This document shows, one piece after another, positions 27,631-40,892 of a stretch of 64,000 nucleotides of DNA (positions within the stretch are counted from its first letter, which is position 1; each line of letters begins with the position of its first letter). A program made the translations under genes and the position numbers. The stretch is from the NCBI GenBank assembly GCA_047495785.1, contig JBLDXI010000031.1, positions 1,922,001-1,986,000 of the forward strand, in the 5' to 3' direction. The DNA comes from Lepidodermella squamata (Eukaryota; Animalia; Gastrotricha). Below the pieces are notes generated by a model. That model worked only from the letters and a program-made list of their open reading frames with translations, had not been told where the DNA came from and did no database searches.

Positions 27631-29309
27631 TGAATCACACACGAACGCACGAACGAGTACGAGTATCGATAAGACTTGCGGTAACACAGCCTATACCTAT
27701 AATAATAATAAGTATATCAATTATTCTGGTTTATCATCTGGTTTATAAATTGGGCCCGCATCTGATCGAAATAGCCGTGTGTGTGCAAGATCTTTAATGA
27801 GCAAGGATTGCTTATTTGCCTATTTTCATTCCTTGACTATTGAAATGGCCCGCACCAAAAAGTGGTTATTTACGGTGGTGCCTTGAAGGGTCTAAAATGG
27901 GCTTGCCATTCAGTTTCCTCAATTGTGCATATGCAATCGGTGATTGGTTTTGGGCCTGGCCCTCCTCGCTCTCTGGTGCTTTCGACCCTTGCCCCCACCG
28001 GCTGGTGTTGTTTTTGTTGTGCTCGCAATAAGTATTGAGAAAAACATGAAAGCTCATATCGATCGACCAGGAAAAAAAGCAATAAAAGTCGAGCGCTTTT
28101 GAATATAATCGATGGCTCATTTCAATTTTGGACCTGTTTTTTTTGTGGGCACAGGTGCGAACTGACTTATTGCTTTGACCTCTCCCCCTCATTTTTTAGT
28201 AGCGTGTATGTGGCTTATCGCGGTTACTGCTGCTGCGGGTGGTAGGCGGATATTATGATGTATTGTTGTTGTCGCTGGTGGTGATAACTAAGTAGTGGTG
28301 ATAAGATAACACGGGCGCGCGCAATAATAGCCGCGGTTGTCGCCTGCTTTTTCCAAGCCCATGCATGTGCGACGTACAACATATATACAACTAGTAGCGC
28401 GACCGCAGCATTTGACACATGATGTATGTGACACATACGGGTTGTATTACTATACATGAGACATGCATGCTACGTCTGTGTGTCGCAGGTACAAAACTGC
28501 AAAAATCTATGCTGCGAAATTATTGATTGGTTAGTAGTGCATCGATTCCGTGTCTCGTTTGCTTGACAGCTAGCAGCTACCTGCTAGTCGTATAGCTAGT
28601 AGTAGACATATAGTAGACATTAGACATATAGTAGACATATAGATGGATGGATAGGTGGATGACACCTTGCCAGCAGATGTGATGACTCACTGCGCGTAGT
28701 AGTAGAGTTCACACGTGATAGTGATTTGTGACTACTACTACTACTACTAGCAAAAGCTCAAAGCTGCTAAGCGCTTAACTGTCGTCGTCGTCGTCGTCGG
28801 CGACTATATTGCCACTTGTACTACTAGTACTACCGCTGGTAAGTGAACTGCATGTTGTACTACCTGGGCGGGTGGCAGCAGTGGCGGCGGCGCACGGGAA
28901 ATTGCCATCGTGTCGTCTCGCGCACGCACGATGCGCGCGCTCGGGATTTGACAGCTAGATAGTCGAAGTGAGCATTCATATCGAGTTGCATCATCATCGT
29001 TATTGTCCATGCATGCATGCATCTATCTATCTTCGATCTCCGCCTCGTTGCTCCTCATCTGCCATCTGATACACGGGGAGACATGACGAGACGCTGATGA
29101 TGATGGTGGATTCATGGATTTCGCATCATGAAATCACTGACCGTCTTTTTTTCTGGCTGTCTTTTCACAACTTTTTTTTACCTTATAAGTATTCTGCTAT
29201 AATGTATTATTACCTTCCAACAACGTAGGGCTTGTTATTTTGTTTTATTGTTATTATCAATTATCAATTATCAATTGCTGGCTGACTGGCATCGTCGTCA
29301 ACATCATCG

Positions 29310-31216
29310 ATGTCGTCGTCATTTCAGCTGATGCAGCAGCAGCAGCAGCAAATGCTACAACAGCAACAACAACAGCTGCAACAGCAGTCGATGGACGGTG
29401 GCAGCAGTAGTCTTGTTATTAACCCTCATCATCAGTTTTTAAACCATCAAAACCAGTTGCAACAACAACAACAGTTACAGCAGCAGCCGTCAGCTTTCAC
29501 GTTTACTAACGCGCCTGTTGTCAATCCGCAAAGCAACAAAAAACGAACATGCGAGGTGAGCAGTTGATTTTATCCATTTTGCATTTCCAAGTTGCATATT
29601 ATCGTAAATATCTACTTGGTTTAGGTATGCGGCCAGACTGATCGCCGGCCGACAAACAGCTTCCTGCAAAATATCACCACGTGCGAAGCCTGCAAGGTAT
29701 ACACATACATACACTTTACATCATAAATTCACTTGATTTTTAACAACGCAAAAAGATAGCGAAAGCTCCGCATTTGTACGACATTTTCACGAGTAGATGG
29801 TATCATTTATTAAGCATCAATATCCGAAATTGATTTTTCAAAGCGTATTGCTCTGTATTTTTGGTTGGGGTTATCATTTGTTGTTGATCTCTTCAATCGG
29901 ATGCAATCGGCTGAAATTTACCGAATAGTCAGTGACTTTTAGTGACTGCGATTGTATGCCGTTGATCTGGTCACGTATTTTGCTCAAGCTCGCACATCCC
30001 AGTCCTAGTTTGAAAATAGCTCGCAACATCTGCATTTGTGCAAGGAAACAATCGCTGTCATTGCCATGCCGCCTCTGCTGCTGCTTCTCAACTACTCGAC
30101 AGTTGTTTGACATTTGTTGTAGACAAAGCTTGAAGATGCGCCTCACTGCACTGTGTTAGGGCAACATGACGAACATCATCTAAATGGCGCGTTTCGATGT
30201 CCTGGATAATTTCGTGATAGAAATACGTACCTAGAGGTACATTATTGACTCGAGATGTCGTCGTCGTGTTCATGAAAGGGTACACTTTCGAGGTTATGCA
30301 GCAATTAGCAGCAATTAATCAAGCAAGTCGATTGACTTGGTTTCAAACCTGTCCGCTTTAATAGTCATGTTATTTGCGATTTGCGATGGAGAAAGCGCGC
30401 GGCGACACTTTTAAAGGCGTCGTTTTCGATCGATCAGACTTTGTTGAAAGAAGTTGATTTAAATTGCGGGGTGAAATTGTTATATGACATTGTTGAATTG
30501 GCTTATTTTATTTGATTGTGTAGAAATTTCTGGAGCGATGCCAGAAGCACAACAAGATAAAGCTGCGGTGCAAGAACGGCGGGCGGCGCGGCGTGGTGTG
30601 CGACCTGATGACGGACCGGCCGTGCCCGAAGTGCCGCCTCGACAAGGCGATCGCGCTCGTGTCGCAGAAGCGCGGCATCGAAGCGCCGGCGGCCGCGTCT
30701 TCTCTCCTCAACGGCAACGCCAATGCCAACAACATGAACAGCGTCATGAATGGCGCCTCGACCAACAACAACAACAACAATGGTAGCAGTAGTATTGGCG
30801 GAGGAGGAGGAGGAGGAGCGTTGCACCTGGGCGCGTCGAATGGCGGTGGTGGCGAGTCGACGATGATGATGATCGACTATCATAATCATAATCAACTACA
30901 GCAGCAAGCACTCGCTAGTAGTAATAGCAATGGGGGGCTGGTGCAGCCTGGCAATAGCAGCAGCAGCCACATGGACGGTGGTGGGAGTGCCGCCGCGCAG
31001 CATCACGCGAGTCGAACAACGGAGCTGGCGGCCTACTTCCAGAAGTGCTCGGAGACGGACACGATCGAGACGGTGAAGAAGCTGCAGTTGAAGGTGCAGC
31101 TGCTGAAATACTTGAAAAAGTCACCAGCTGACAAGTCTCAGCAGTCGCAGCAGCCGCAGCAGGCATCGCCTGTTGCCATTACCGAACTCGTTGAATCGCC
31201 GCAAAATTCCCAACAA

Positions 31217-31248
<32 letters not shown>

Positions 31249-34200
31249 AATGTTGGTTCAACCGCCGGTGTCGCAGTCGCAGTCAGTGCACTCGCCTGGT
31301 GGTGGTTTCGTAACGAGCGGTGGCCAGTTTGGCGTTGCCGTGCCATCGCCATCATCCGCCGCTGCTGCCGCTGACTATCAGCAGCACTCGCCTGGTTTCA
31401 TCGCCGCCACCAGCAACCACCACCACCATCTCCAACACCAACAGCAGCTCCAGCACCAGCACCACCCTCTACTACATAGCAACAACGGCAACGGCAACGG
31501 CGGCAGTTACGCCTCGTCTTGTGCCATGGAACTTGCTGCGCCGCAGTCTTCTTCGCTGCTTTCTTCGCCGTTGTATCAGCAACAACAACAACTGCAACAC
31601 CACAACCCCCATCAACACCATCACCAACAGCAACAGCAACAGCAACAAGGCCAAGGTGAGCACAATCCAACACTTTTCGTGTGCAGCACGAATCACAGAT
31701 TCAGTCATTTTGAACGGGTTTAGTATATGTACCCACGAGTCCAAACCCCACAGTTAAACATGACAAGAGAAGAGGCATTGTCGACATTTTCAGCTTTCGA
31801 ATAATATTAACCCATAGCTAAGTTTGTCTGCTTCAGACTTGGCGCACGCTAGCGCCAAATGGTGGCTCAAAGCGACGAAAACTGCTACAAAATGGCATTT
31901 CACTATACGATTGGCCGCATGCTACCAAATTCGCACTTTTTCTTGAGAAAATTCGCTTCCAGAAATAAGGAATGAATTCGCTTCCAGGAAGTTGATTTAT
32001 TGTAAATCCCAAATCGGGTCGGGCGATTTCAGGGATTTTTCATGGGTCTTCTAGCGGTCTTGAAGGGGCATGTTTAGTCGTTGAACTTGCAAGGACGATT
32101 TGTGACTAGAAATGCTCACGTAACAGTAACGGCGGACGAACTCCACCAAAAGTCATCGAAATGAATCTATATTCGATTGAAACTTTTTTACTTGAATGAC
32201 AAAAGTGATAGCAGATAATGTGAGTGTCGATTTTCCGACCAATTCATTCTTCATTATCTGCTGAAAAAGTCGAGGTAGAATCGGGTAGAAAAGTTGGGCA
32301 ATCCCTGCCATGGACGAGGCTTTGACATCTTTTTGCTATACGTGATTCATTGTTTTTTGTTTCTGTTTTGTACCTATATAGGTTATTACGGCGGGTATTA
32401 CGACGAAGAGTCGTCGTCTCAACATCAACAACACCAGCAGCTACAATCTACGTCTACATCGTCATTTGCAGCTGCTACGAGTAGTAGCAGTAGCAGGCCA
32501 TCGCAACAGCAATGGCAATTGGCTCAGTACCACCAGCAACAGCAGCTACAGCAACCGCATGCGAATCATCAACAGGTGGTTGCAGCGTTAGCAGCTGCCT
32601 CGTCGTCAGCGTCGGGCGTGCCGTTGTCGCCGACAGTGTACGACAACGTGCGCAATGAAATGATCCTCGGGCAGATTATGCGCGCCGACCAGGAACTGAC
32701 GGCGAAAAAGTACCGCTGCGACGCGAAATACCTGGAGCAGCGCGGCATCCCGGACGGCGAGTGCGAGTTCTGGAAACTGGTGTCGTGGTGCATCACGGAC
32801 ATTGCGCTGGCGAACCTGCCGTTCGCGACGCAGCTGGCCGGGCAGCTGCACGGCATCTCGCACGTCGACATGTGCCGCCTCGTCGAGAACTCGTACGCGC
32901 TCATGTTCTACGCGCAGACGGGCCTGCCGAAGCGCCTCGACGTCGTCACCGCCTTCTCGCAGCTCTTCACCAAAATGCGCCATGCCTGGAAAGAAATCGA
33001 CGTGAGTGCTTTTTCTTGACAACTACACTCAGTAGTAGTAGTAGTAGTAGTAGTTTGCTCATAATATGAGCTGAGCCAACTATCAACTACTTGAACAACT
33101 GAAATTATCAATCATCTCACATACCCGATGAGCGTTGAGTGCGTCTCGAATACTCCACAAGACTTTAAACTAGGACAACTTCATAAATACGGCTTATAGA
33201 TCGGGAGCACATTGCCATATCGCCATTAACATCGTTTTTTTTCTATAAATACCCTAGCAGTTTTAATCAGTCGAATGAATATTAGGTTTCAGTTTATCAT
33301 TATAAGTCTAATTTTAAGAACTTTTCCATTATCTTACTTTGAAGCTGTAATCTCGAATCGTCGGCCACAGAGATAATTAGTCAGTCTGAAAATCCTTTAG
33401 TTGTTCGCGTTTGGGAGCATGTAATTAATCTTTCATTGCTGGCGTGGCATTCGAAACTTTCGAAAAGTACCCACAATATTTGCCCAGAGGATCGTTAAGA
33501 CCGAAAGGCCAAGTGTGTTGACGAGGTTTTTTACTACATTTGCCTTCATAAATAAGGCGGCGATATAGCCAGGGGTCATTTTGGGACTTGGCACTGCATC
33601 ATTTCAAGGGCTGCTCGAATTAGGCTTCAAAAACGGCAGAAATTCGAGCCAAGTTGTAGCATGGCCTAAATAATTTAATTATTTGAAGAAATATACCTAT
33701 ATGAAATGTTGTTTGATGTGTGTAGATGCTGATGGAGCACACGCGTGAAATCGTGACGGCGATCCGCGAGTGGAAGCCGTCGTCGACCGAGTTCGCCTTC
33801 CTGCTCGCCATGATCTTCTGCACGTCGGTGCCTCGCAGCAGTGAGTTTTCTATTCTCTAGTTGACGATTCTATATCTATCGATTCTTCTATCCATTATAG
33901 ACTTCATGTACCCGACGACGGTGACGCAGCTGGAGCAGCTGACGCAGATGGTGATGGCGGCGGCGCAGGCGCACCTGTGCAAGACGCACGGCGAGTCGGT
34001 GGCGCCGATCCGCTTCCAGCAGCTGCAGTGCATCATCGCGGCGGTGGGCAAGCAGCGCGACGCCCGCCGCTTCGCCCTGCGCCGCTTCTACGAGCGCCGG
34101 CCCCGCCTCGCCACCGAGACCGTGCACCCGGTCATCGAGCTCGTGTGCCGCCAGTTCCGCACCTCGTGGCACGTCGATTACACGGCCGTGTCCATGCCGT

Positions 34201-34277
34201 GCTACCCGCCGCCCATCAACTACGAGCTGCGCCGCGGCGTCGACGAGTTCACCGATGTCATCATGTCCAGTTATTGA
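29310..34277 (+). CDS. Divergent nuclear hormone receptor (C4 zinc-finger DBD with CEACKK P-box, polyQ hinge, degenerate LBD)
   Basis: Exons 29310-29555, 29625-29696, 30524-31655, 32382-33001, 33726-33840 and 33901-34277. Spliced DBD: CEVC-X17-CEACKKFLER...C-X9-C-X7-CPKCRLDKAI. LBD-like helices FATQL..LHGISHVDMCRLVENS, TEFAFLLAMIFC and RFQQL. Confidence 0.85.
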
Positions 34278-36293
34278 AAATACCTAACATAAAATAACAA
34301 AACATGAAACATAACAAAAAAAACTGATGATAACTGATTTTTTAATAGCGTTTTTGATGTTTATTTCTATGATACATTGTACAAGTCTATGCGAGCAGGT
34401 TACTTATTCGCCGATGATAGCCGAAAGTAGTAGTAGTAGTAGTGGTAGCCGTAAGAGGATTGATTTTTTACTGCCCTGGATCCATCTATACCTAACATGA
34501 TTTGATTGATTGATTGATTCAGGGTCGTAGTCTTTGTTTTTTGTCTCTCTCTCTCCCTCTCTCTCTCTCTCTCCATTTTTTGGTGATAGCTTCATTATAC
34601 ATACTTATATACTTATATACGCGCACACACACACGCACACAAACTTACAAAAAAACACGGGTTATTTCTACTACTGCTACTACTGCTGCTGCTGCTGATG
34701 TTACTATAATATTTTTCAACTCTCAGAGCGAGTGATTTTTTCAATTGATTTTTTTGAATTGCATTTGATTCCCTCAACAAATAGATAATGTTGATGGCGG
34801 TCGGTGATGATTGTGATTGATGGATGGCCAATTCTGTATATATTTACGCGATCATGGTGTATAATAATGTGACCCTCGGCGGCATACTTCTATCATATCA
34901 TTCTTATTATCATTATTACTATTACTGTTATTATGGTTTTTCATTAACAAAACTCTTGGTAATAAATCCAATTATAAAAATGCTGAAAATAAAAATGAGA
35001 AATAAAGTCACACGCGACGCGTCCTCCTTCACCGGGATTTTTCGACGCGCCAGCTGGGATTATACGGTGTCTCACACACACAGGAGATCGATCATCGACG
35101 CGCACAATATTATGTAGGTCTCTCGCTCGGTCCTAGGTCCAGACACTCCGATAATAGGTAGTAGGTAGTAGTGGTGAAAAAAAGATGCCGCCGATAGTAC
35201 GATAGTGTCTGTGATTTCAGCGTCGCGTGACGGTGGGTACTGCGCAGCCCAGCCGCTGCTTCATTAGGCGCGGTGGGGCACGGGCGCACCTGAGCACGTG
35301 GTGTGATTCGATTTTGGCGTGACTCGCCTATTTATCGCCTCATTGTCCTACTGCACGCAGATTACACTTTTTTAACACTAGATAGTAGTAGTAGTAGTAG
35401 CCGCCGCCGCTGCCGCAGCAGCAGCAGAGAGTGTCCTCGCCGATCCAATGATTCGGATGCGCTGCGTCAACTCTTCGAGTGCCGCTCACCCCTCGCCGTC
35501 CCAGTATTCGCCGTCGTCGTCGTCGTCGTAAACAGCGATTATTTACCGTTCCAACCCACACACCCACATATATGTACATGCAGTATCGCTTTGACACAGT
35601 TGTGAATGATATTTGCGCGCCCTGAACGTGTAATTTTCCAATCAGTATGCGACCAAGGCAATAGTCGATCAGTCAGTCATCGCTGGGCAACAAGCAACGG
35701 GCCCACATCTTCTTCGTCATCGGCAGCTGGGCGCCCACTCGCACTCGCTCTGCGATAATGCAATTGGCGCCGCGATGAATGCGCGTTGGCGCCCGCAGTA
35801 AACGCGCGCCCGCAAATGACTCATCCCATGCGGTTATATTCGGTACTGCCTCTTGCTTCCTCCCCCCATCAATAACTGCCGGCTATTTGCAGTCACCAAC
35901 CATCGTGCGGTTTTTTCGCGCCGCCTTAGTACGCTAACTTTTTATTCGCAGCGGTCAATCATCGACTACTGCACCGCAGTACTACGCCAATTTATACATC
36001 GTAGCGCAGCGCAAGTGGTCCATTTTTCATAGCGCAGACGGCTGGGTAATTGCCAGAGAACCCCACCCGCTGCGTGAATCAAAAATGCGCTTATCGTGGG
36101 CCCCGATTTATCCCGGTTTGGAGATGGACTTTTTGCACACTTAGCACTATGATGCGGAATTTCACACCTGAATGGACGGTGCTCTCGTTTTTTAAATCAA
36201 GTTTGTCTTTCCTTTTTAGCACCTTTTTTAGGAAGTCTTTGAAAGCTGGCGGAAATATCTTCATTGGGATAGTGCGAGCGCGCGTCTTAGATA

Positions 36294-38958
36294 ATGGCGC
36301 AGCCGAGCGTTGCGTCGGGCGCGGGTAGCAGCGGCAGCCAGCAGATCGTCCTGTTTCCGAACACGCTGCTCGAAGATGTCGAAGACCTCGACCCGTTGGC
36401 GCAAGTTCCGGAGCCGAAATTGCCGCCCAACTACGTCGAAACGCTGTCAGCTGGCTACGACGACACGGCCTACGCCATCTACGGGCGTGATTTGGCCACG
36501 GTTCGCAGTCCACCGCTGGCTTCGTCGTCGCAACTCGAGCAATCGGTGATCGAGCAGGCGAGCAAGGCCGTTGCTGAGCTGGCGACACGCATTGTCAACT
36601 TGCCACAGACTCGGGTTATTGTCGAAAGCCTCGTGACAGCCGCCTCATCAACAACCACCACAATCGCATGGTCTTCGGGTGACCAGCAGCAACCGGTCGA
36701 TGTGACGGTGTTCAGTGGCGACCGCAATAACGCCACCCGCTTGCACCACGAGCCGGTCGACTGGAAGCTGATCACCGTGCAGATGGAAAGCTCGTCGTCC
36801 GCCGCCATCGCGCTCGCCCTCTGCTTGCTCATTTTTCCGATTGTGACGGTGTTCGGCAACCTGCTGGTTGTGCTGTCGGTGTACACCGAACGCTCCCTGC
36901 GATCGTCGACCAATTTCTACATTGTCTCACTAGCCTTCGCCGACATCCTCGTCGGCGCTCTCGTCATGCCTTTCGCAGTTTACGTCGAACTCGTCGGCGG
37001 CGTGTGGCGCCTCGGCAACCTCGTCTGCGACATCTGGATCGCCTGCGACGTCCTCGCCTGCACTGCCTCCATCCTGCACCTGGTTGCGATATCTATCGAC
37101 CGGCTGCTGGCGGTGACGAAGCCAGTGGTTTACGCGAGGAACAAAGATTTCACGCGAGTTTGGTTCACGATAGCCGTAGCTTGGATCATTTCTACAGTGA
37201 TAGCTTCGCCGATCATCCTGGGCGCGAACAACATCGCAGGTCGGCAGTCACTTGTCTGCACGTTCTACAACGCCGACTTCATCCTGGTGTCGTCGCTCGG
37301 ATCATTCTACGTGCCCAGCATCGCCATTGTCGCGCCGTATTTCGTCATATTTCGAACACTGCAGCGTCGCGCGAAAAAGCTGCACCGCATGCGGTACGGC
37401 ACTTCGGAGCCAGCGCTGCGGCGGCCAACCAAGTCGATGTCCAAGTCGGAGTTGACCGTCATCGTACGGCCGCCTTCGTTCAAGAAGAAAAAAACGCGAC
37501 TTGTGACAAACACGGAAGACGACGCAACGCCGAGTAACAGCACCTGCGACTACGGCGGCATTTACATCGGACCATCAGCTCCTGCTGACAGGTTGGTTTC
37601 ATCGAATGTTTCATAGAATGATCAGCATTAAAAGGCATCATCTAATTCTCAATTTAATGCGGTGCATCCCCGGGAAATCCAGTGATATTTGGCATCTCTG
37701 GTATAAGCCATCGCATTCTGTATTGCTTTGGAATTGATAATCAGAATATCTTTTAGCGGAACCAAATCTGCATGTTGCGGAACCTAATTTCAGATCAGCT
37801 TTTCGAATATTTCTAGGAAATTAAGGCAATGCATAAATGAAAGTTTCGAAAAGTGGTTTTAGGCCTATTGAAAATTACAATTTGGTTCCGCGCTACATTC
37901 AGACCCATAGATAATAACGGCTAATAGGTACTTCAATAAGTATACCAAATTTGTTAGTGGATAAGTTTAGATGGTTTTATGTAAATAAACTTTGGAGATG
38001 CGCACCATGCAACTGCGATGTAGGTAAGTAATGCGATGTCGGGACCAAGTCGCAGGGAAGCTTATTTGTGATGGAAGGTTCAGAGTATCCGAAATTTTAT
38101 ACCTTTGATGCCTTATATCTATCAATCAGTATGTTCATCGGTACTATATGGTTTTGTGACAGGCGTCGCACTGGGTTGGCAGCACCTATGGTGACATCGG
38201 ACGATGCTTCTTCGACAGCAACACGGCGTGGGGGCGACTATTTGTCGACGTTCAGCGGAGACGTGCAGCGGCCTCGAACTTTCTCGAACGAACCCTGCTC
38301 AATGGACAGCCACGAGTTGTACCGGCCGTCGAGCACGTGCAGCGACGCCAGCACCAACCGGCCTGCCGCCGACAACCTGCACTTGACTGAGCGATCCCGC
38401 CACTCGGCTCCCTTCGCCTTCCTCATGCATCGAGGCGGAGGCGGTGGTGGCGGTGGCTTGGAACGCATCGACGACGTACCGGCGACGCATCTGCTGATCT
38501 CGAACAACACTGACTCGCTGCCGGAGCCGGTCGTCGTGCCAGCAGCAGCAGCAGCCGCCGCGACTACGGCCGAGCAGTCGAGCGAGAGCTGCCGGCAGCG
38601 GAACACGAGCAGCAAATGCGCGACGCCAACAACGCCGAGTTCGATGGTGTCGTCGTCGAAGAAAACCGCCACGTCGACCAAGTGGCGCCGGGCGACGATG
38701 ACGAAGGAGCGCCGCGCCACCATCATGACGGTCGTCGTGCTGGCGCTGTTCTTCAGCTGCTGGGTGCCGTTCTTCACCGCCAGCACCGTCAACGCGGTGT
38801 GCATCCGCTTCGGCGACGGGCGGCGCTGCGTGCCCGGCACCCTCATGTCCGTCTTCGTGTGGCTCGGCTACATCAACTCGCTGATGAACCCCGTCGTCTA
38901 CGCTGTGTTCAACCCAGAGTTTCGCAAGGCCTTCAAAAAGCTACTGCACTTCTACTGA
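36294..38958 (+). CDS. D2-like dopamine receptor (class A aminergic GPCR)
   Basis: Exons 36294-37591 and 38163-38958. GNLLV, SLAFAD, TM3 CDVLACTASILHL..ISIDRL, TM5 FILVSSLGSFYVP (catechol serines), long ICL3, KERRAT, CWVPFF, WLGYINS.MNPVVY and a short FNPEFRKAFKKLL tail typical of the D2 type. Confidence 0.88.
37744..37897 (-). repeat. Dispersed intronic repeat with GCGGAACCAAAT inverted repeats (copy B)
   Basis: The reverse complement shares CGGAACCAAATT, AATAGGCCTAAAACCAC, CATTGCCTT, TATTCGAAAAGC, TTTGGTTCCGCT and AAAAGATATTC, in the same order, with 16013-16224. Confidence 0.7.
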
Positions 38959-39670
38959 CGATGATGGATTTCAGATTCCAAGGTAAGCTCATCTCATAGA
39001 CTCAATAGACTCCGTAAAATGAATGACATTGACCGATGGACGGTCTCCGTTTTTTGATGTGCTAAAGTCGACCTCTCTACTCAATCTACTTCCAATTTCA
39101 GTCCATTCTCAAATAGTCAACATTTGCGTTGAAAATCTGCAGGTGAATTTATCAAAATTTTAGGAAATTTCGGATCCAAATATCTGCTTCCGTGGTAGTT
39201 GGGCTGTGGCATCTTCGTGATGAAACGATTTTCTGATGTTTGAAACATCTTCCCATAATATAGTCCACAATCCAATTTGCATTCAAGTAATTGCTTTTAC
39301 AGGTACTATCTTCTGCGGCATCAGCATGCGTTTATTCGTGACCTACTATGACCGATCGGCCGCGGTACTAATGCTGGTTCGGTTAACAAGAAGCAAGCTT
39401 CAATTCCGCGAGAAGTTGGATTAACACGGTCTTCATTATTTGATGTTGATAGCCATGAAAATTACCTGGCCTTCTTTATTTTTGCATCTGACATCAATTT
39501 ATAACAACATGAATAAAAACGTGAAAATGCCCGTGTTTTGCCATTTTTATTTCGAGACCTTTCCGTAATACGAATTAGTCGTTTTTCATTCGAACAAATA
39601 AATAGTAATAATAATAGTAGTGGAGTTGTAGCAACCGAAAGATGAATGTGATTGAGAAGAAGCAGCGTGT

Positions 39671-39892
39671 CTACATGAAGAGCATCCACATGGCGGTGAG
39701 GAAACACGAGACAGACACGTAGGGGCTGAGCCGTTCGCCGATCCTCGCGCATTTCCAGAACACGCCCAGGAAACCGGTCCGATTGCGGTCGAGCAGCGGC
39801 CGCAGTGCTGATAGCGATCGCAGGTACGTGCACGTGCAGATGATCAGCAGCAAAATGACCACGGCCCCGTTCAGGCTGAACAACGCGCTCAT
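39671..39892 (-). CDS. TMEM167: Protein kish (TMEM167 family)
   Basis: MSALFS....VILLLIICTCTYLR...LLDRNRTGFLGVFWKCARIGERLSPYVSVSC, the kish signature; 73 aa. Confidence 0.95.
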   Translation of the reverse strand: MSALFSLNGAVVILLLIICTCTYLRSLSALRPLLDRNRTGFLGVFWKCARIGERLSPYVSVSCFLTAMWMLFM

Positions 39893-40545
39893 TTCGATCA
39901 ATCGCTTGAGATAACAGACCTATTAGTATTAGTATTAGAAGCCAAAAGTTAGTTCGTTCGTTCTTCTTTCAAAAACATCGTCCTCTTTCTCTTTCTCATT
40001 CTCTATCGTGACAGCTCACAGTAGATGGCGTCACGAGCGCAAAATTGCAAAAAATTGAAAATAAAAGTTGCGGATAATTGATTAAATTAATTAATTTTGG
40101 TTCATCTTTTTTAATATTTAACGCCTTCCGATGGATAAAAGCGCTGCAAAGCATCTCAACCCTCAGCCCATGAATACCACCTGAAATGGCGCTTGGGCTT
40201 CAAATTCATCCCTCTATCGTTGTTCGTTTCTTAGGAAAGCAGGCCAGGGTTTGTAGCGAAACCTTAGATTAATAATATTTGGTCGAAAAAAGCGCGCACA
40301 ACGCTACATGTAAAATCACGTTTCAGCAACTGGGTTTTTGGTGCTAAGCGAAAGAACTTCTACTTCGGAGTTCGGAGGTAGAAATACCTACTAGAGCAGA
40401 TAGCGACTGGCAATATCCTCGAGATTTTATGGCCTCAGGAATCAGGAATCTAAACGAGCGGAAAGTATTGGCGTACTCGTATTCGGCAAGGCATCGTACT
40501 GCCGCCTCAGATTTGACGCTTTCCCGGAGTCAAACCTTCTGAAGA

Positions 40546-40892
40546 CTGCTCTCAGAGTAATACAGTTTTACTCTGAGAGGATCTACTCTGAGAGGTTTTT
40601 ACTCTCGGAGTAGCTACAATGATATCTGGGAAGCTACTCTAAGAGTAGATACTTACTCTCAGAGGTAATTTAAACTAGGAAGCTACTTTCACTCCCAATT
40701 TTGCGGAAAAAAAACGCAAGGGTCCCCCTTATGATTGACAAATGGGCACAAAAATGCTCGATTTATGCAGCTACTCTGAGAGCAACTGCTCTAGAAGTAG
40801 CTACTCCCAGAGTAACAAACCTAAAAAGGTATATACTCTAGGAGCAAAGGCGTTCTACTCATGGAGTAGGCTGCTACTCTTAGAGTAGCTCT
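40546..40892. repeat. Cluster of about 12 degenerate palindromes, consensus CTACTCT-N-AGAGTAG
   Basis: Examples: CTACTCTAAGAGTAG, GCTACTCTTAGAGTAGC, CTACTCATGGAGTAG, TTACTCTCGGAGTAG and CTACTCTGAGAG, irregularly spaced. Confidence 0.8.

Noticed and set aside
27845-27886. ATGGCCCGCACCAAA = MARTK, like the start of histone H3
   Set aside because: Similarity ends after 5 codons and a stop follows at codon 14.
29932-30159. Cys-rich ORF in the receptor intron as a possible second DBD
   Set aside because: No C4 zinc-finger spacing or P-box, and no exon-like codon bias.
40546-40892. CRISPR-like reading of the palindrome cluster
   Set aside because: Eukaryotic context, short degenerate repeats, irregular spacers and no cas genes.
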